Counted from the stretch's first letter, positions 1 to 8,906 are shown. The stretch is 54,120 bases of DNA from Minisyncoccota bacterium (GCA_041664925.1 JBAYJV010000001.1:1-54120); one strand, 5' to 3'. Program-made: numbers and translations. Notes: generated from the letters alone by a model not told the origin.

Positions 1-10
1 TAATTTACAA

Positions 11-40
11 TTTCCATATTCCAACTTCTATATTCTGTCT
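11..40. repeat. 7-nt periodic AT-rich array
   Basis: ttccata|ttccaac|ttctata|ttctgtc lies directly 3' of the stop (45-47) of the minus-strand gene. Same family as the arrays at 13848, 40172 and 48909. Confidence 0.6.
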
Positions 41-44
41 ATGG

Positions 45-806
45 TCATTTCATCAACTCCCGACTAAATAAAAAGTATTTTACTACTGTCAAATAATGTC
101 CCAAGCAAAAGTTTTTTTGGATCATCACATTTGCACCATATTGTTTCTTTAATAATTCAGCAAATTCTTTTCCATGGCTATATGGCACAACTTTGTCAGA
201 TTTTGAAAGCGCCACAAATATTTTTTTATTATTTAAGTCATCAATATTGTTTTTCGGCGCGAGATGTCCCCATAATTTCTGTAATTTCTCTAGATCAATA
301 CCTTGGCTCTCGTAAATTCTCCTTAATTTTTCCATCCTATTACTGCTCCACAACGATGTCGCCAAACAACTTCCCGGCGCAATTGCATAAAGACTGGAAA
401 TATCAGGGTTATCATTTGCCATCAAACACGCGCTTACAATTCCCAAGCTCGGAGCAACAATATCAATCCTTTTAAAATGATATTTCTTTTTAATCTCGGC
501 GATATCTTTTCTAGTGTAATCTTGTACAAAATCATATATTTCTACGGTTTTTTTTGCATTCGTTAAAAGCAAGTGTTTAGGAAAAAAATACGCAAGGCAA
601 GAATATCCTTCTTTTACGAAACGCTTCATCAAAATCCTTGTAACTGAAGTATCGCCATCCCCCCGCGGTGGAAGAATGATTTTAAGTGTTGATGAATTTT
701 TACTGATCTCGAGCTTTTTTCTGATTTTCAGTTCCGATGAATCAGGAAAGTGATAAAACCGATCCCAATTATTAAGGAAAAAAGCAATAATATTATCAAA
801 AACCAT
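45..806 (-). CDS. alpha/beta-fold hydrolase-like protein
   Basis: 253-aa ORF. A nucleophile-elbow-like 'APSLG' is followed by 'SKSD' and 'LGHY', in the order expected for a Ser-Asp-His triad. Ends with TGA. Confidence 0.5.
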   Translation of the reverse strand: MVFDNIIAFFLNNWDRFYHFPDSSELKIRKKLEISKNSSTLKIILPPRGDGDTSVTRILMKRFVKEGYSCLAYFFPKHLLLTNAKKTVEIYDFVQDYTRKDIAEIKKKYHFKRIDIVAPSLGIVSACLMANDNPDISSLYAIAPGSCLATSLWSSNRMEKLRRIYESQGIDLEKLQKLWGHLAPKNNIDDLNNKKIFVALSKSDKVVPYSHGKEFAELLKKQYGANVMIQKNFCLGHYLTVVKYFLFSRELMK

Positions 807-827
807 AAATCATTAAATGATAAATTT

Positions 828-1046
828 CTACAACTTTTCGATTTCTTTCAAGTCTTTGTCGGGAATATATAAGACCAAAAGCCCGATAATAACACCACCC
901 AAAGCGGTCCAAAGATGACTGCCACCAAAAATCATCTTGTCTAGAGCATCTAACACATACCATATTCCTCTCCAAATTAAAACCAGCCCAATAACAATTG
1001 ATATATTTTTTGCTAAATATTGTAATGTCACTTTATTTTTTATCAT
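828..1046 (-). CDS. small membrane protein (two hydrophobic helices)
   Basis: 72-aa ORF with hydrophobic segments 'ISIVIGLVLIWRGIWYVL' and 'ALGGVIIGLLVLYI'. Co-directional and 21 nt from the next gene. Confidence 0.5.
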   Translation of the reverse strand: MIKNKVTLQYLAKNISIVIGLVLIWRGIWYVLDALDKMIFGGSHLWTALGGVIIGLLVLYIPDKDLKEIEKL

Positions 1047-1270
1047 ATTTTATTACTTTTCCTTTGCGAATTATTGAGCTCAGAAAAAGTTGTACCATTC
1101 CAAAGTTTTAACGAAGGATGGTTATATCCGTCCGTAGCCCTGCCTACTGTATGTAGGCGACAAGCAGACCGAATAGGCGAAGGAGGATTACGATTACAAA
1201 TTAATCATTTTATCTTTTTTATTTTCTATATTTTATTCAAAAAAATCAGTTTCTTTGTTTTGGAAATCTC

Positions 1271-1939
1271 TTATTGTGACAACATCGCGATTTCTCTTTC
1301 TATATTTTTCCTTGCCTGTTGTTCCAACTCTTTGTTTGCTCTTTCTGTAATATATATTCTCGGCCTTTCTAAAAAACCCTTAAGCACTTTTATCCTTTCT
1401 GCCCTGTATTGATCTTCAGACACCCATTCGTATTCTTTGCGAATCTTGGCTGCATATTGATCGTAAATTTCCTCACTTGATCCAAGAATCGCTAAGTCAC
1501 CATCCATAAAAATTGCTGAATCAGGATTATCTTCAATAACTCGATGCCCTGCTGTTGCCTGAATTAAAGCCACTACATATTCCACTACTTCATCCGGAAC
1601 GCCAATTTGTTCCAAATAATTTTTAGCAAACAAAGCGCTTTTGTCGTCATTGTCTCTCATACTAGTATCGTGAACAACATCATGAAACCACGCTGCTAAT
1701 TTAATTCCATTTAATTCTTTGATATCGGCTTCACGCTCTTTTAAAAAAGCTAATAAATTCTCAATATGTTCAAGGTTGTGGTAAGCACGATCTTCAGCTT
1801 GATATTCTCCAACAATTTTTTCAAATAATTTTATTGCTTCCGGTCTTTTCAATCCATCAAATATATTACAAAAATCCTCCTGCATAATTTCTAGTTTTGT
1901 TCTTTCTTGGTCAGTCAAAGTTTCAGGCGAACGATTCAT
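1271..1939 (-). CDS. HD-domain metal-dependent phosphohydrolase
   Basis: 222 aa. 'HNLEH' ... 'AAWFHDVVHD' gives the H..HD..D ligand pattern of the HD superfamily. Confidence 0.7.
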   Translation of the reverse strand: MNRSPETLTDQERTKLEIMQEDFCNIFDGLKRPEAIKLFEKIVGEYQAEDRAYHNLEHIENLLAFLKEREADIKELNGIKLAAWFHDVVHDTSMRDNDDKSALFAKNYLEQIGVPDEVVEYVVALIQATAGHRVIEDNPDSAIFMDGDLAILGSSEEIYDQYAAKIRKEYEWVSEDQYRAERIKVLKGFLERPRIYITERANKELEQQARKNIEREIAMLSQ

Positions 1940-1961
1940 AAAGTTTTGGTTATTTTATCTA

Positions 1962-2636
1962 TCAACGGCATATTATTTCTTTTTCGAACGGTTCAAATTT
2001 AAACACAAAAACACCTTTATAGTGTTCTGTAAATTTTTCAAGGATTTTGTCTATTCCAACCGTAACACCATCCTTTAACGCCTTCTGGATTTCTTCAAAA
2101 GAAATTTTTAAACCAGGTAAAATATGTTTTTTTTGCGACTGATCTAATCTTTCCGGATGATATTCAATCGTAGTTACACCAATAGAGGTTACTACTTTAA
2201 ATCCTTTATAGCCCATAGCAATCAGTTTTGCCACAGCTTCAAGATCTTCATTTTTTGATAACTGGTTCGATACTCTATAAAAATCTTCTTTGTGGCTATT
2301 TTCTTCTTTTTTAAGAAGAGGTGTAAAAACAGAATCTGGGTGAATATGATAATGATAAGATAATTCTCCTGGCGGATAAACAAGTTCATCAGGTATTCTG
2401 GCAGTATGATTTACTTCGTTTAGATTTTCATCAACTTTAACAGTAAATTCACATGGGTAATAATACCAAGTATTAGTTGCCTCATCAAAAGCCCACACAT
2501 ATTCTCTTTCAGCGGTGACCGCTATCTTTTGTAACATTCGTTCCCCTTCTTCTCGACTTTGTTCAATTTCATAAGGATGCTCCAATTCAAAAAAAGCTTC
2601 TGTGTTGTTTCTTTTTGTTTCTAATGATTCACTCAT
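1962..2636 (-). CDS. hypothetical protein (possible JAB/MPN-like metal site)
   Basis: 224 aa at operon spacing (22- and 10-nt gaps) between phosphohydrolase genes. 'HYHIHPDSVFTP..SHKED' only loosely resembles the JAMM HxHx(n)SxxD motif. Confidence 0.55.
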   Translation of the reverse strand: MSESLETKRNNTEAFFELEHPYEIEQSREEGERMLQKIAVTAEREYVWAFDEATNTWYYYPCEFTVKVDENLNEVNHTARIPDELVYPPGELSYHYHIHPDSVFTPLLKKEENSHKEDFYRVSNQLSKNEDLEAVAKLIAMGYKGFKVVTSIGVTTIEYHPERLDQSQKKHILPGLKISFEEIQKALKDGVTVGIDKILEKFTEHYKGVFVFKFEPFEKEIICR

Positions 2637-2646
2637 AAAATTTTGG

Positions 2647-3180
2647 TTATTTTATCCAATCTATTTTCGTTACTGAGGCATTTGGATATGGGGGCAAACC
2701 ATAAAATGATTTTGCATCTTTGCCTTGTTTGATTGTTTCTAATATTCTACCAACCCCTGCATGGCTTACGACTAAAGTGTTTCCTGATAGTTCAGATAAT
2801 TCTTTGACACAGGCATAAACTCTATCACGAAAAGTTTGTGGATCCTCTGCATTTTTAGCACTAGCTAAAAGCAGTGGAAAATCTTCGCGCCAAGGAGTGC
2901 CGGAAAGACTTCCCATGTCAAATTCATTAATACGATCGTCTTTTATGATTTTAGATAAATTAAATTTTAATTCCTTGGCAATTATTTCAGCTGTTTCAAG
3001 AGCTCTTTTTGAAGGAGAAGAAATTATTCTGTCTATATTTATTTCTTCTTCAACAATTTTCTTGCCTGTTTTTTTGGCTTGTTCTCTGCCTTCTTCAGTT
3101 AATAATGAATCATCTTTTTGTCCAGCAAAAACACGTTTCACATTTGCCTCACTCAATCCATGTCGTACAAAATAAATCAT
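2647..3180 (-). CDS. histidine phosphatase family protein (phosphoglycerate-mutase-like)
   Basis: 177 aa. N-terminal 'FVRHGLSEAN' is the RHG motif and 'VVSHAG' carries the second catalytic His. Confidence 0.8.
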   Translation of the reverse strand: MIYFVRHGLSEANVKRVFAGQKDDSLLTEEGREQAKKTGKKIVEEEINIDRIISSPSKRALETAEIIAKELKFNLSKIIKDDRINEFDMGSLSGTPWREDFPLLLASAKNAEDPQTFRDRVYACVKELSELSGNTLVVSHAGVGRILETIKQGKDAKSFYGLPPYPNASVTKIDWIK

Positions 3181-3195
3181 ATAAATTAATATAGA

Positions 3196-3918
3196 TTATT
3201 TATTAAATCCCAACTGATCTATCCTTTCTTGAACATGCGGAGCGAAGTTTAGATTATTAGTTTCCTCATCAAAATCAAAGAGATCGTCTAGCGACCTGAT
3301 TCCTCCACCATGCTCAGTATAACTCCCGGCATCCAATTTAAAATAAATGCAAAGTAATTCAAAGAAATCTTTCACGGGCATTTTTGCTTTATCTGCCATC
3401 TTTTCAATCGCTTCTCTCATTTCAAAAATGTTCATTTCTTTTCTTAAGAATTTACCCATTGGATCTCCTAATATTAAAACAAATATAGAGTCTGTAAATT
3501 CTTTATCAATTCCCAAAGCGTCAAATAGTTTTTGAATATATTGTCGCGTATATTCGTGTTGAAGATGTTTGCCTCCTTTTTCGATTGCTTCTGGTTTGCC
3601 AATGTCATGTAAAGCTAAAACTAATCTAAATTTATTTCTATCAATTCCTGCTGGTAATGGCTTGTTGCCAAAATATTTTTCGAACTGCCTCATTACTGTC
3701 AGAGTATGTTGCCCTAAAGTATAGCCTTCCCAAACACCCGTCCCTCGCTCATAAATTCCTGGATATTGTCTTTCTAATAATAAAACTAGCTTTTCAGGAT
3801 TAAATTCTTCATCCTTGAAAATTTCCTCCAACTCATTTGCATCAAAGCGCAATTCTAATTTATCTTCTTCTGGATTTCTTGAATCTATTTGAATTTCTTT
3901 CTCTAATCCACCTTCCAT
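3196..3918 (-). CDS. HD-domain protein
   Basis: 240 aa with the H..HD motif in 'GQHTL ... LALHDIGKP'. Confidence 0.6.
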   Translation of the reverse strand: MEGGLEKEIQIDSRNPEEDKLELRFDANELEEIFKDEEFNPEKLVLLLERQYPGIYERGTGVWEGYTLGQHTLTVMRQFEKYFGNKPLPAGIDRNKFRLVLALHDIGKPEAIEKGGKHLQHEYTRQYIQKLFDALGIDKEFTDSIFVLILGDPMGKFLRKEMNIFEMREAIEKMADKAKMPVKDFFELLCIYFKLDAGSYTEHGGGIRSLDDLFDFDEETNNLNFAPHVQERIDQLGFNK

Positions 3919-4057
3919 GTTCTAATAATAGTTTTTAAACCTCTCCCACAATCACCACATGGTTTTTACCATAGACTTTGGCGCATTTAGGACAAGTGGT
4001 GTACCACATATACCATTTTTTTTTAATTTTTCCTTTAAAAATTAACCTTAGTTTCTA

Positions 4058-4573
4058 TTATTCAAACCTTAATAATTCAATATTCTTTTCCACTTCGCCA
4101 TATTTAAATATTCCGCCATTAACGCATAAATAAACGCCAGACTCGATATTGTTAAATGAAGATATGCTATATCCAAGATTAAAAGGAGCATCTGATACGG
4201 AAAAACCCACAATAGGAATCATTGAGCCCGTTAAAATCATTTTTTTCTTAATTTCACCTTTGCTAAAATGCTCTTCCAAAAACTTGGCAGTATCTTTCAT
4301 TGTAAATGTTCCGTGGGTTATTAAAATATTATCATGCGGGCTTGTTTCTATTATCTTAATCAATTTTTCCAAATCTTCTGGTTTAATCTCTCTGCTGTCT
4401 TTTTCACAAACATTTTCTATGTTATAGGTAAAATGAGGTTTGATGATATTTTTTAAATAACTGTCAATGGTCGAATCCATTTTCATTAATGATTTATTTA
4501 TATTGTCATAGGCAGGATCGATAAATTCTATCGTCCCGCCCATTTTTATAATGTGAATGTGTGTTTTTGTCAT
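4058..4573 (-). CDS. asparaginase-like protein (N-terminal domain only)
   Basis: 171 aa. 'IIKMGGTIEF' matches the GGTI Thr-nucleophile signature of L-asparaginases and 'ITHGTFTM' resembles the HGTDT motif. There is no C-terminal domain. Confidence 0.55.
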   Translation of the reverse strand: MTKTHIHIIKMGGTIEFIDPAYDNINKSLMKMDSTIDSYLKNIIKPHFTYNIENVCEKDSREIKPEDLEKLIKIIETSPHDNILITHGTFTMKDTAKFLEEHFSKGEIKKKMILTGSMIPIVGFSVSDAPFNLGYSISSFNNIESGVYLCVNGGIFKYGEVEKNIELLRFE

Positions 4574-4635
4574 ATGTCTATTATTAAGTTTTATTAATTA
4601 ATTTATTATAAATTATTTAAATTAAAAACTATTTT

Positions 4636-5913
4636 CTATTTCAATAAATCATCGAGTTCGCATGAAAGCAGAGCTGATTTATTGAGTATAATTTGTTCTT
4701 TCGGATTCAAATTTTCAGCCGTCATTCGGATAAATTTAGTAACTATATCATTGCCAAGTATTATTTTGTTTGTTTTCTTGAAATATGCTTCTGTCTTCTT
4801 ATGAAATAACGTAACGTACTGTTTTACTTTATCACTTATCTGATCCTTTGTATCGCCTTTAATAAACTGCATTATCTTGTCATTTGTTTTTATTGGTAAA
4901 TCTCCATCACTAAAATCAATCCAGTACTCGCTTATATTATAAATAATTCGTACTGTTCTTTTTTCTTCTGTTTTATAAAAATATACAAAAGAAAAAATGT
5001 CAGTATAGAAATCCTGATTTACTCTTATGCTTTCTAGTGTCGTTATCGTATTGATCTCGTACTCATTTAAAAGTTTTAAATAACTTTCTCGCCAATTTTT
5101 AATCCAATTTTCTATGTATATTTGATTTAGGAAAAGTGGAGTAAGGTCTTCTTTGAGATTAGTGTCTGTCTGTGGGTTGTTTAATATCTTGATCGTAATT
5201 CTATCAAATAATGTTTTAAGATTTTCCATGTCAACATTTTTAGCTATTAAATAATCAAAATCCGGCACAATTTTTTTGTCCATATACCAAAGTAAATCAT
5301 AAATATCGCGTCCTTTTTCTTCATAAATTACATCACCCATTCCACGAGTACCGCGCAACAAAATGGCAGCTAATTTACTTGCCATAAGTGTCCCCATATT
5401 GTAAGTCAAAATAATAAAAGAAAGTTGATCACGATTAATCGGTCTGCGTTCAGTCACTGTTTTATGGGCTACGAAGTGGTTTAGGTCTATTTTTACATGT
5501 ATTTGGTCTGAGGAATATCCAAGATGTAATTCTCTCCCAATATGGAATTTTAAAAGTAATCCTCTCCCAGTAGTTGTTTTAACCGTAAGAAAATTAGCAC
5601 TAGCACCGTACGTCTCGACAAAGTAATTCTCAGTTTCTTTTTTTAGTTCTTCTAGGAATTTTTCCGTTATGGCGTGAGAAACCTCAAAATCAAGATCAAC
5701 GGACATGCGGTCAAGACCATGAATTATACGAAGTGCCGAACCACCATACATAATCCATTTACTATATTCTGGGTGATGATAAATAAAATTAAGAACATAG
5801 TACTGTAATATTTCTTTGATTTTATTTATTTTTATATTAGGATTAGTCCCGCTATAATTATTCAGTTCCTCTTTAAGTTTTATTTTTAAATTTTTTAATA
5901 TGTGTTCGCTCAT
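4636..5913 (-). CDS. abiEii: AbiEii/AbiGii-family nucleotidyltransferase toxin (DUF1814)
   Basis: 425 aa. 'YGGSALRIIHGLDRMSVDLDFE' is the GG(S/T)AL..R.S.DLDF nucleotidyltransferase motif. It has a 4-nt ATGA overlap with the upstream partner gene. Confidence 0.75.
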   Translation of the reverse strand: MSEHILKNLKIKLKEELNNYSGTNPNIKINKIKEILQYYVLNFIYHHPEYSKWIMYGGSALRIIHGLDRMSVDLDFEVSHAITEKFLEELKKETENYFVETYGASANFLTVKTTTGRGLLLKFHIGRELHLGYSSDQIHVKIDLNHFVAHKTVTERRPINRDQLSFIILTYNMGTLMASKLAAILLRGTRGMGDVIYEEKGRDIYDLLWYMDKKIVPDFDYLIAKNVDMENLKTLFDRITIKILNNPQTDTNLKEDLTPLFLNQIYIENWIKNWRESYLKLLNEYEINTITTLESIRVNQDFYTDIFSFVYFYKTEEKRTVRIIYNISEYWIDFSDGDLPIKTNDKIMQFIKGDTKDQISDKVKQYVTLFHKKTEAYFKKTNKIILGNDIVTKFIRMTAENLNPKEQIILNKSALLSCELDDLLK

Positions 5914-6521
5914 ATGAATTTTTTAATCATTGAATAAAATTTCTCCTCCTCTGTTTTATTCATTTCGTTGATATCTATCCTTAACTCTTCTATTAATGAC
6001 TTGATTGTTTCTAGCTTAACGCTTCGAAACTGATGTGTTCTGAAATATAATAAATCGAATAATGCCTTAGACGGAGAAGCCACATAAAAATCAAATTTTC
6101 CTTTGACCAGAGAAAAGTCTAAAAAAAGATCTTTTTTTATTGACTGATAAGAAAAATTGCCCACCTTTGTCTGATAATCCCTTGTGACTTTAAGAGTGAC
6201 TGAAGTTGTAGAATGAATTGCTTCGGTAACAAGATTATAATACTGGAGAGCGGTCCAAGAGCTTACGTATGATGGAGTACGAATAATGTTAGCAAGATAA
6301 AATGAATATGAAATATCTGTTCTATTTTTTTCAAAAAAATCCATCGATACATATAATCCTTTTTTAAGCTGAATGATTTCTTTGTGCTTTAAAAATCGGC
6401 TAATATATGTATCAACCGTAGAATCCTTAAGTTCCAGCTGTTTACTGAGATAGTAAATTGTATTTTTGCTGAAATGGGGAAGGGGTTTTAATTGTTCTAA
6501 AAGATTTTTTTTGCCTTTCAT
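5910..6521 (-). CDS. abiEi: AbiEi-like antitoxin / transcriptional regulator
   Basis: 203 aa, immediately upstream of and translationally coupled to abiEii. N-terminal wHTH-like segment 'STVDTYISRFLKHKEIIQLKKGLY'. Confidence 0.6.
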   Translation of the reverse strand: MKGKKNLLEQLKPLPHFSKNTIYYLSKQLELKDSTVDTYISRFLKHKEIIQLKKGLYVSMDFFEKNRTDISYSFYLANIIRTPSYVSSWTALQYYNLVTEAIHSTTSVTLKVTRDYQTKVGNFSYQSIKKDLFLDFSLVKGKFDFYVASPSKALFDLLYFRTHQFRSVKLETIKSLIEELRIDINEMNKTEEEKFYSMIKKFI

Positions 6522-6528
6522 AAATATG

Positions 6529-6538
6529 ACACTAGTGT
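6529..6538. promoter_or_regulatory. 10-nt perfect palindrome ACACTAGTGT (candidate AbiEi operator)
   Basis: Located 8 nt upstream of the abiEi start codon. AbiEi proteins are known to autoregulate through inverted repeats, but a single short palindrome is weak evidence. Confidence 0.3.
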
Positions 6539-6697
6539 ATCATATGTGAAATGTGATGTCAAGTGGATAATTCATCACTTTCTCTAATACGCAACTCAAA
6601 AAATCGCATCCTTTTCTTCTGGGCTAATTTGATTTTTTATTCAAAAGTTTCATTAAGACATCAATCGCTTTTTTATATTCCATAAATAGTAATAGAT

Positions 6698-7204
6698 TTA
6701 TGGTAAAAACAACTTGAAATATTTTTCCGCTGTTGGCGTAAATTCTTCTGGATGTTCTTTAAATTCTTTTTTTAATTCATCTGGCGAAATCCATTTAATT
6801 TCTTCAACTTCGTCTTCTTGAATTTTAAATTCGCTTATATTTTTATCAATCATTGCTGTGTACCATTGGGTAAAGTGATGAAATTCATCGTCAGTTTTTG
6901 TCTTTGGACCAAGTTCAATTTCAATATTCTTAATTCCTAACTCTTCCTCCGCTTCTTTTATAATATTTTCTTCGTAAGTTTCACCTTCATCAACAGTTCC
7001 AGCAACCGCCGGTCCCCATTTCCTTGGATGATGAGATTTTGTATGGTGACGTCTGGCAAGCAAAACTTCGCCATTGGAATTTGTAATCCATGGCGCTGAA
7101 ACTCTATAAATTTCTTCTTTACCTAGAGTGTCTTTATCTTTATAACCAATAATCTTGTCGTTTTCATCTACAATAATAATTTTTGGTCTCGTTATTTCTT
7201 CCAT
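6698..7204 (-). CDS. NUDIX hydrolase
   Basis: 168 aa. Nudix box 'GTVDEGETYEENIIKEAEEELGI' fits Gx5Ex7(R/K)EAxEExGI. Confidence 0.85.
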   Translation of the reverse strand: MEEITRPKIIIVDENDKIIGYKDKDTLGKEEIYRVSAPWITNSNGEVLLARRHHTKSHHPRKWGPAVAGTVDEGETYEENIIKEAEEELGIKNIEIELGPKTKTDDEFHHFTQWYTAMIDKNISEFKIQEDEVEEIKWISPDELKKEFKEHPEEFTPTAEKYFKLFLP

Positions 7205-7261
7205 AATTAAATATTTTTAATATTTTATACTCTAATAATAACTTATTCTCACCACATTTTG

Positions 7262-7300
7262 CAAACAAAAAACCGCCGAACAGATACTCTGCTCAGCGGT
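7262..7300 (-). terminator. rho-independent terminator
   Basis: Minus strand reads ACCGCTGAGCAG..CTGTTCGGCGGT followed by TTTTTTGTTTG, just 3' of the 65-aa gene. Confidence 0.7.
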
Positions 7301-7348
7301 CTGAAAAGCAACTTTGCTTCCCTATAAGCTCGAAAACGGTTCCAAGTT

Positions 7349-7546
7349 TTAGGGAATCACAAGGAATCCACCCTGATCTTGGTTCCCTCGAACTCTAAGA
7401 GTGATCTTTTGACCATCTTTACGCGTAAAGACATAGTCTTCTCCGTTACCAAGGTCTTTGTATGCAATCGACTTAAGCCCAAGGAACTCTCCAAGCTTCG
7501 TCAATTGCTGACCATGCGATGGACTTGCAGCATTTATAATTTCCAT
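7349..7546 (-). CDS. small soluble orphan protein (GC-richer cassette)
   Basis: 65 aa. It has an SD (GGGAGGTG, 5 nt before the ATG), its own promoter and terminator, and higher GC than its neighbours. Confidence 0.6.
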   Translation of the reverse strand: MEIINAASPSHGQQLTKLGEFLGLKSIAYKDLGNGEDYVFTRKDGQKITLRVRGNQDQGGFLVIP

Positions 7547-7598
7547 GTTTCACCTCCCTGTCTCTTTTTACTTCCCAAGAACTCCCTCAACCCAAATA

Positions 7599-7627
7599 AT
7601 CCTACTACAAGAATATGCAATTGTCAA
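7599..7627 (-). promoter_or_regulatory. sigma70-type promoter
   Basis: Minus strand TTGACA - 17 nt - TAGGAT, about 50 nt upstream of the 7546 start. Confidence 0.6.
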
Positions 7628-7710
7628 CAAAAAAAATCCCAAATGAAATAATTTTGAAAGTTCGATTGTATTAATATTAAGAATGATTAATTTGTGTCAG
7701 TATTAAATCC

Positions 7711-8256
7711 ATGAAAAATAAAAAAATAGCGTTTATTGTCTTTCCTGTTTTAGTAGTCACATTATTGATTGCCGGAACAACATATGCGACCACGATCACG
7801 GGAAGAAATAGTATATTTAACACAATCGCGGATGCCATCGCTAATAAATTCAATTTAAATGTTTCCGATGTTCAAACTGTTATCGATGACACAATTGCTG
7901 CCGATGATCAAGAAATGGGAAAAAACCGCCCAGCGCGAGTTGACCCGCTTGTTCAAGCCATCAAAGATGGAAAACTAACTCAAGCTCAAGCCGATCTCAT
8001 TACTGCTAAAAGAGATGAGATGAGAACATCAATAAAAGATTTAAAAAATATGACTCGAGAACAAATGATCGCTGCCATGAAGACACGAACAGATTCTTTG
8101 AAGCAATGGGCGACAGATAATGGTATTCCTGAACAATATATTATGCCGTTTAGTGGTCTCGGTCACGGCCGTGGCGAAGGAAGAGGTCCAGGCGGACCAG
8201 GATTTAACGGAGACAATTTGCCCCCTCCATCCGATTTACAAGTTCCAAAAAATTAA
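7711..8256 (+). CDS. secreted hypothetical protein
   Basis: 181 aa. N-terminal signal/anchor 'KKIAFIVFPVLVVTLLIAGTTYA' and a Gly/Pro-rich C-terminus. It is the only plus-strand gene in the left 46 kb. Confidence 0.65.
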   Translation: MKNKKIAFIVFPVLVVTLLIAGTTYATTITGRNSIFNTIADAIANKFNLNVSDVQTVIDDTIAADDQEMGKNRPARVDPLVQAIKDGKLTQAQADLITAKRDEMRTSIKDLKNMTREQMIAAMKTRTDSLKQWATDNGIPEQYIMPFSGLGHGRGEGRGPGGPGFNGDNLPPPSDLQVPKN

Positions 8257-8269
8257 TTTACAGGTCAAA

Positions 8270-8306
8270 CAAAAACCCCAAAATACTGGGGTTTTTGTTT
8301 TTTTTA
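8270..8306 (+). terminator. rho-independent terminator
   Basis: AAAACCCCA-aaatac-TGGGGTTTT followed by a T-run. Confidence 0.75.
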
Positions 8307-8327
8307 AAATGCGGAGAGGGTGGGATT

Positions 8328-8347
8328 CCTGCCTGCCGGCAGGCAGG
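8328..8347. repeat. 20-nt perfect palindrome CCTGCCTGCCGGCAGGCAGG (T-loop insertion)
   Basis: gggatt[20 nt]cgaaccc here versus the uninterrupted gggattcgaaccc in the intact tRNA at 8471. Confidence 0.9.
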
Positions 8348-8376
8348 CGAACCCACGGAACCATTGCTGGTTCAAC

Positions 8377-8450
8377 AGTTTTTCCAACCACTTTTCTTTT
8401 AGAAAATGTTCGGATCCGCTCATTCATTTCATTGAAGTGAGCGGACAAGA
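8377..8450. repeat. 74-nt direct repeat R (copy A)
   Basis: 73/74 identical to 8818..8891. Contains the 8-bp hairpin TCCGCTCA..TGAGCGGA and is flanked by anticodon-loop remnants (TCTTG / AAAAACT on the minus strand). Confidence 0.9.
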
Positions 8451-8459
8451 GAATTAAAG

Positions 8460-8546
8460 CGGAGAGGGTGGGATTCGAACCCACGGAACCATTGCTGGTT
8501 CAACAGTTTTCAAGACTGTCACATTCGACCACTCTGTCACCTCTCC
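8460..8546 (-). tRNA. tRNA-Ser (anticodon UGA), class II with long variable arm
   Basis: 87 nt: GGAGAGGTGACAGAGTGGTCGAATGTGACAGTCTTGAAAACTGTTGAACCAGCAATGGTTCCGTGGGTTCGAATCCCACCCTCTCCG. Acceptor stem is 7 bp, anticodon arm ACAGT-CTTGAAA-ACTGT, T arm GTGGG-TTCGAAT-CCCAC. CCA is not encoded. Confidence 0.9.
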
Positions 8547-8563
8547 GCTTTAACTCCCTTTCC

Positions 8564-8814
8564 TTAATAATCTGTATTTTTTAATTTACTTTTTAAAATT
8601 CTTCTTCCTTGCCCTGTCTTTAATAATTTCTCTTCTGCTCTAGCATCTTTTTCATTATTAAACGCTTCGTAAAATAGAATTTTCCATGGCTTATAGGCTT
8701 TTGTAGACTTAACTTTTCCAAGATTATGAGCTATTAATCGTTCTTTTAAATTAGAACTATATCCAATATAACTTTTTTTATCTTTAAACTTTTAAGGAAA
8801 TAGACGTAATGCAT
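8564..8814 (-). pseudogene. GIY-YIG nuclease gene interrupted by a frameshift in an A7 tract
   Basis: The ATG frame gives MHYVYFLKSLKIKK and then stops. Adding one A to the A7 run (plus-strand T7 at 8773-8779) restores ...SYIGYSSNLKERLIAHNLGKVKSTKAYKPWKILFYEAFNNEKDARAEEKLLKTGQGRRILKSKLKNTDY, about 87 aa in total. Confidence 0.75.
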
Positions 8815-8817
8815 ATA

Positions 8818-8891
8818 AGTTTTTCCGACCACTTTTCTTTTAGAAAATGTTCGGATCCGCTCATTCATTTCATTGAAGTGAGCGGACAAGA
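8818..8891. repeat. 74-nt direct repeat R (copy B)
   Basis: 73/74 identical to 8377..8450. The single difference is g at 8827 versus a at 8386. Confidence 0.9.
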
Positions 8892-8906
8892 CTGTCCGAT
8901 TCGACC

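Larger units (their letters stand above)
8377..8891 (-). mobile_element. R-bounded insert carrying a GIY-YIG gene and an intact tRNA-Ser
   Basis: The segment between and including the two R copies interrupts the outer tRNA-Ser exactly in its anticodon loop. No integrase is present and the mechanism is unknown. Confidence 0.4.

Noticed and set aside
3940-4020. 24-aa mini-ORF 'MWYTTCPKCAKVYGKNHVVIVGEV' (minus strand) between two genes
   Set aside because: It has only half of a zinc-ribbon motif and no SD or promoter, and it is too short to support from sequence alone.
8120-8484. ORFs 8120..8440 (+, 106 aa) and 8236..8484 (-, 82 aa)
   Set aside because: They run through a terminator, tRNA fragments, the R repeat and the 20-nt palindrome (the source of their 'LPAGR(Q/R)' peptides). 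They have no SD or promoter, so they are translation artefacts of RNA and repeat DNA.
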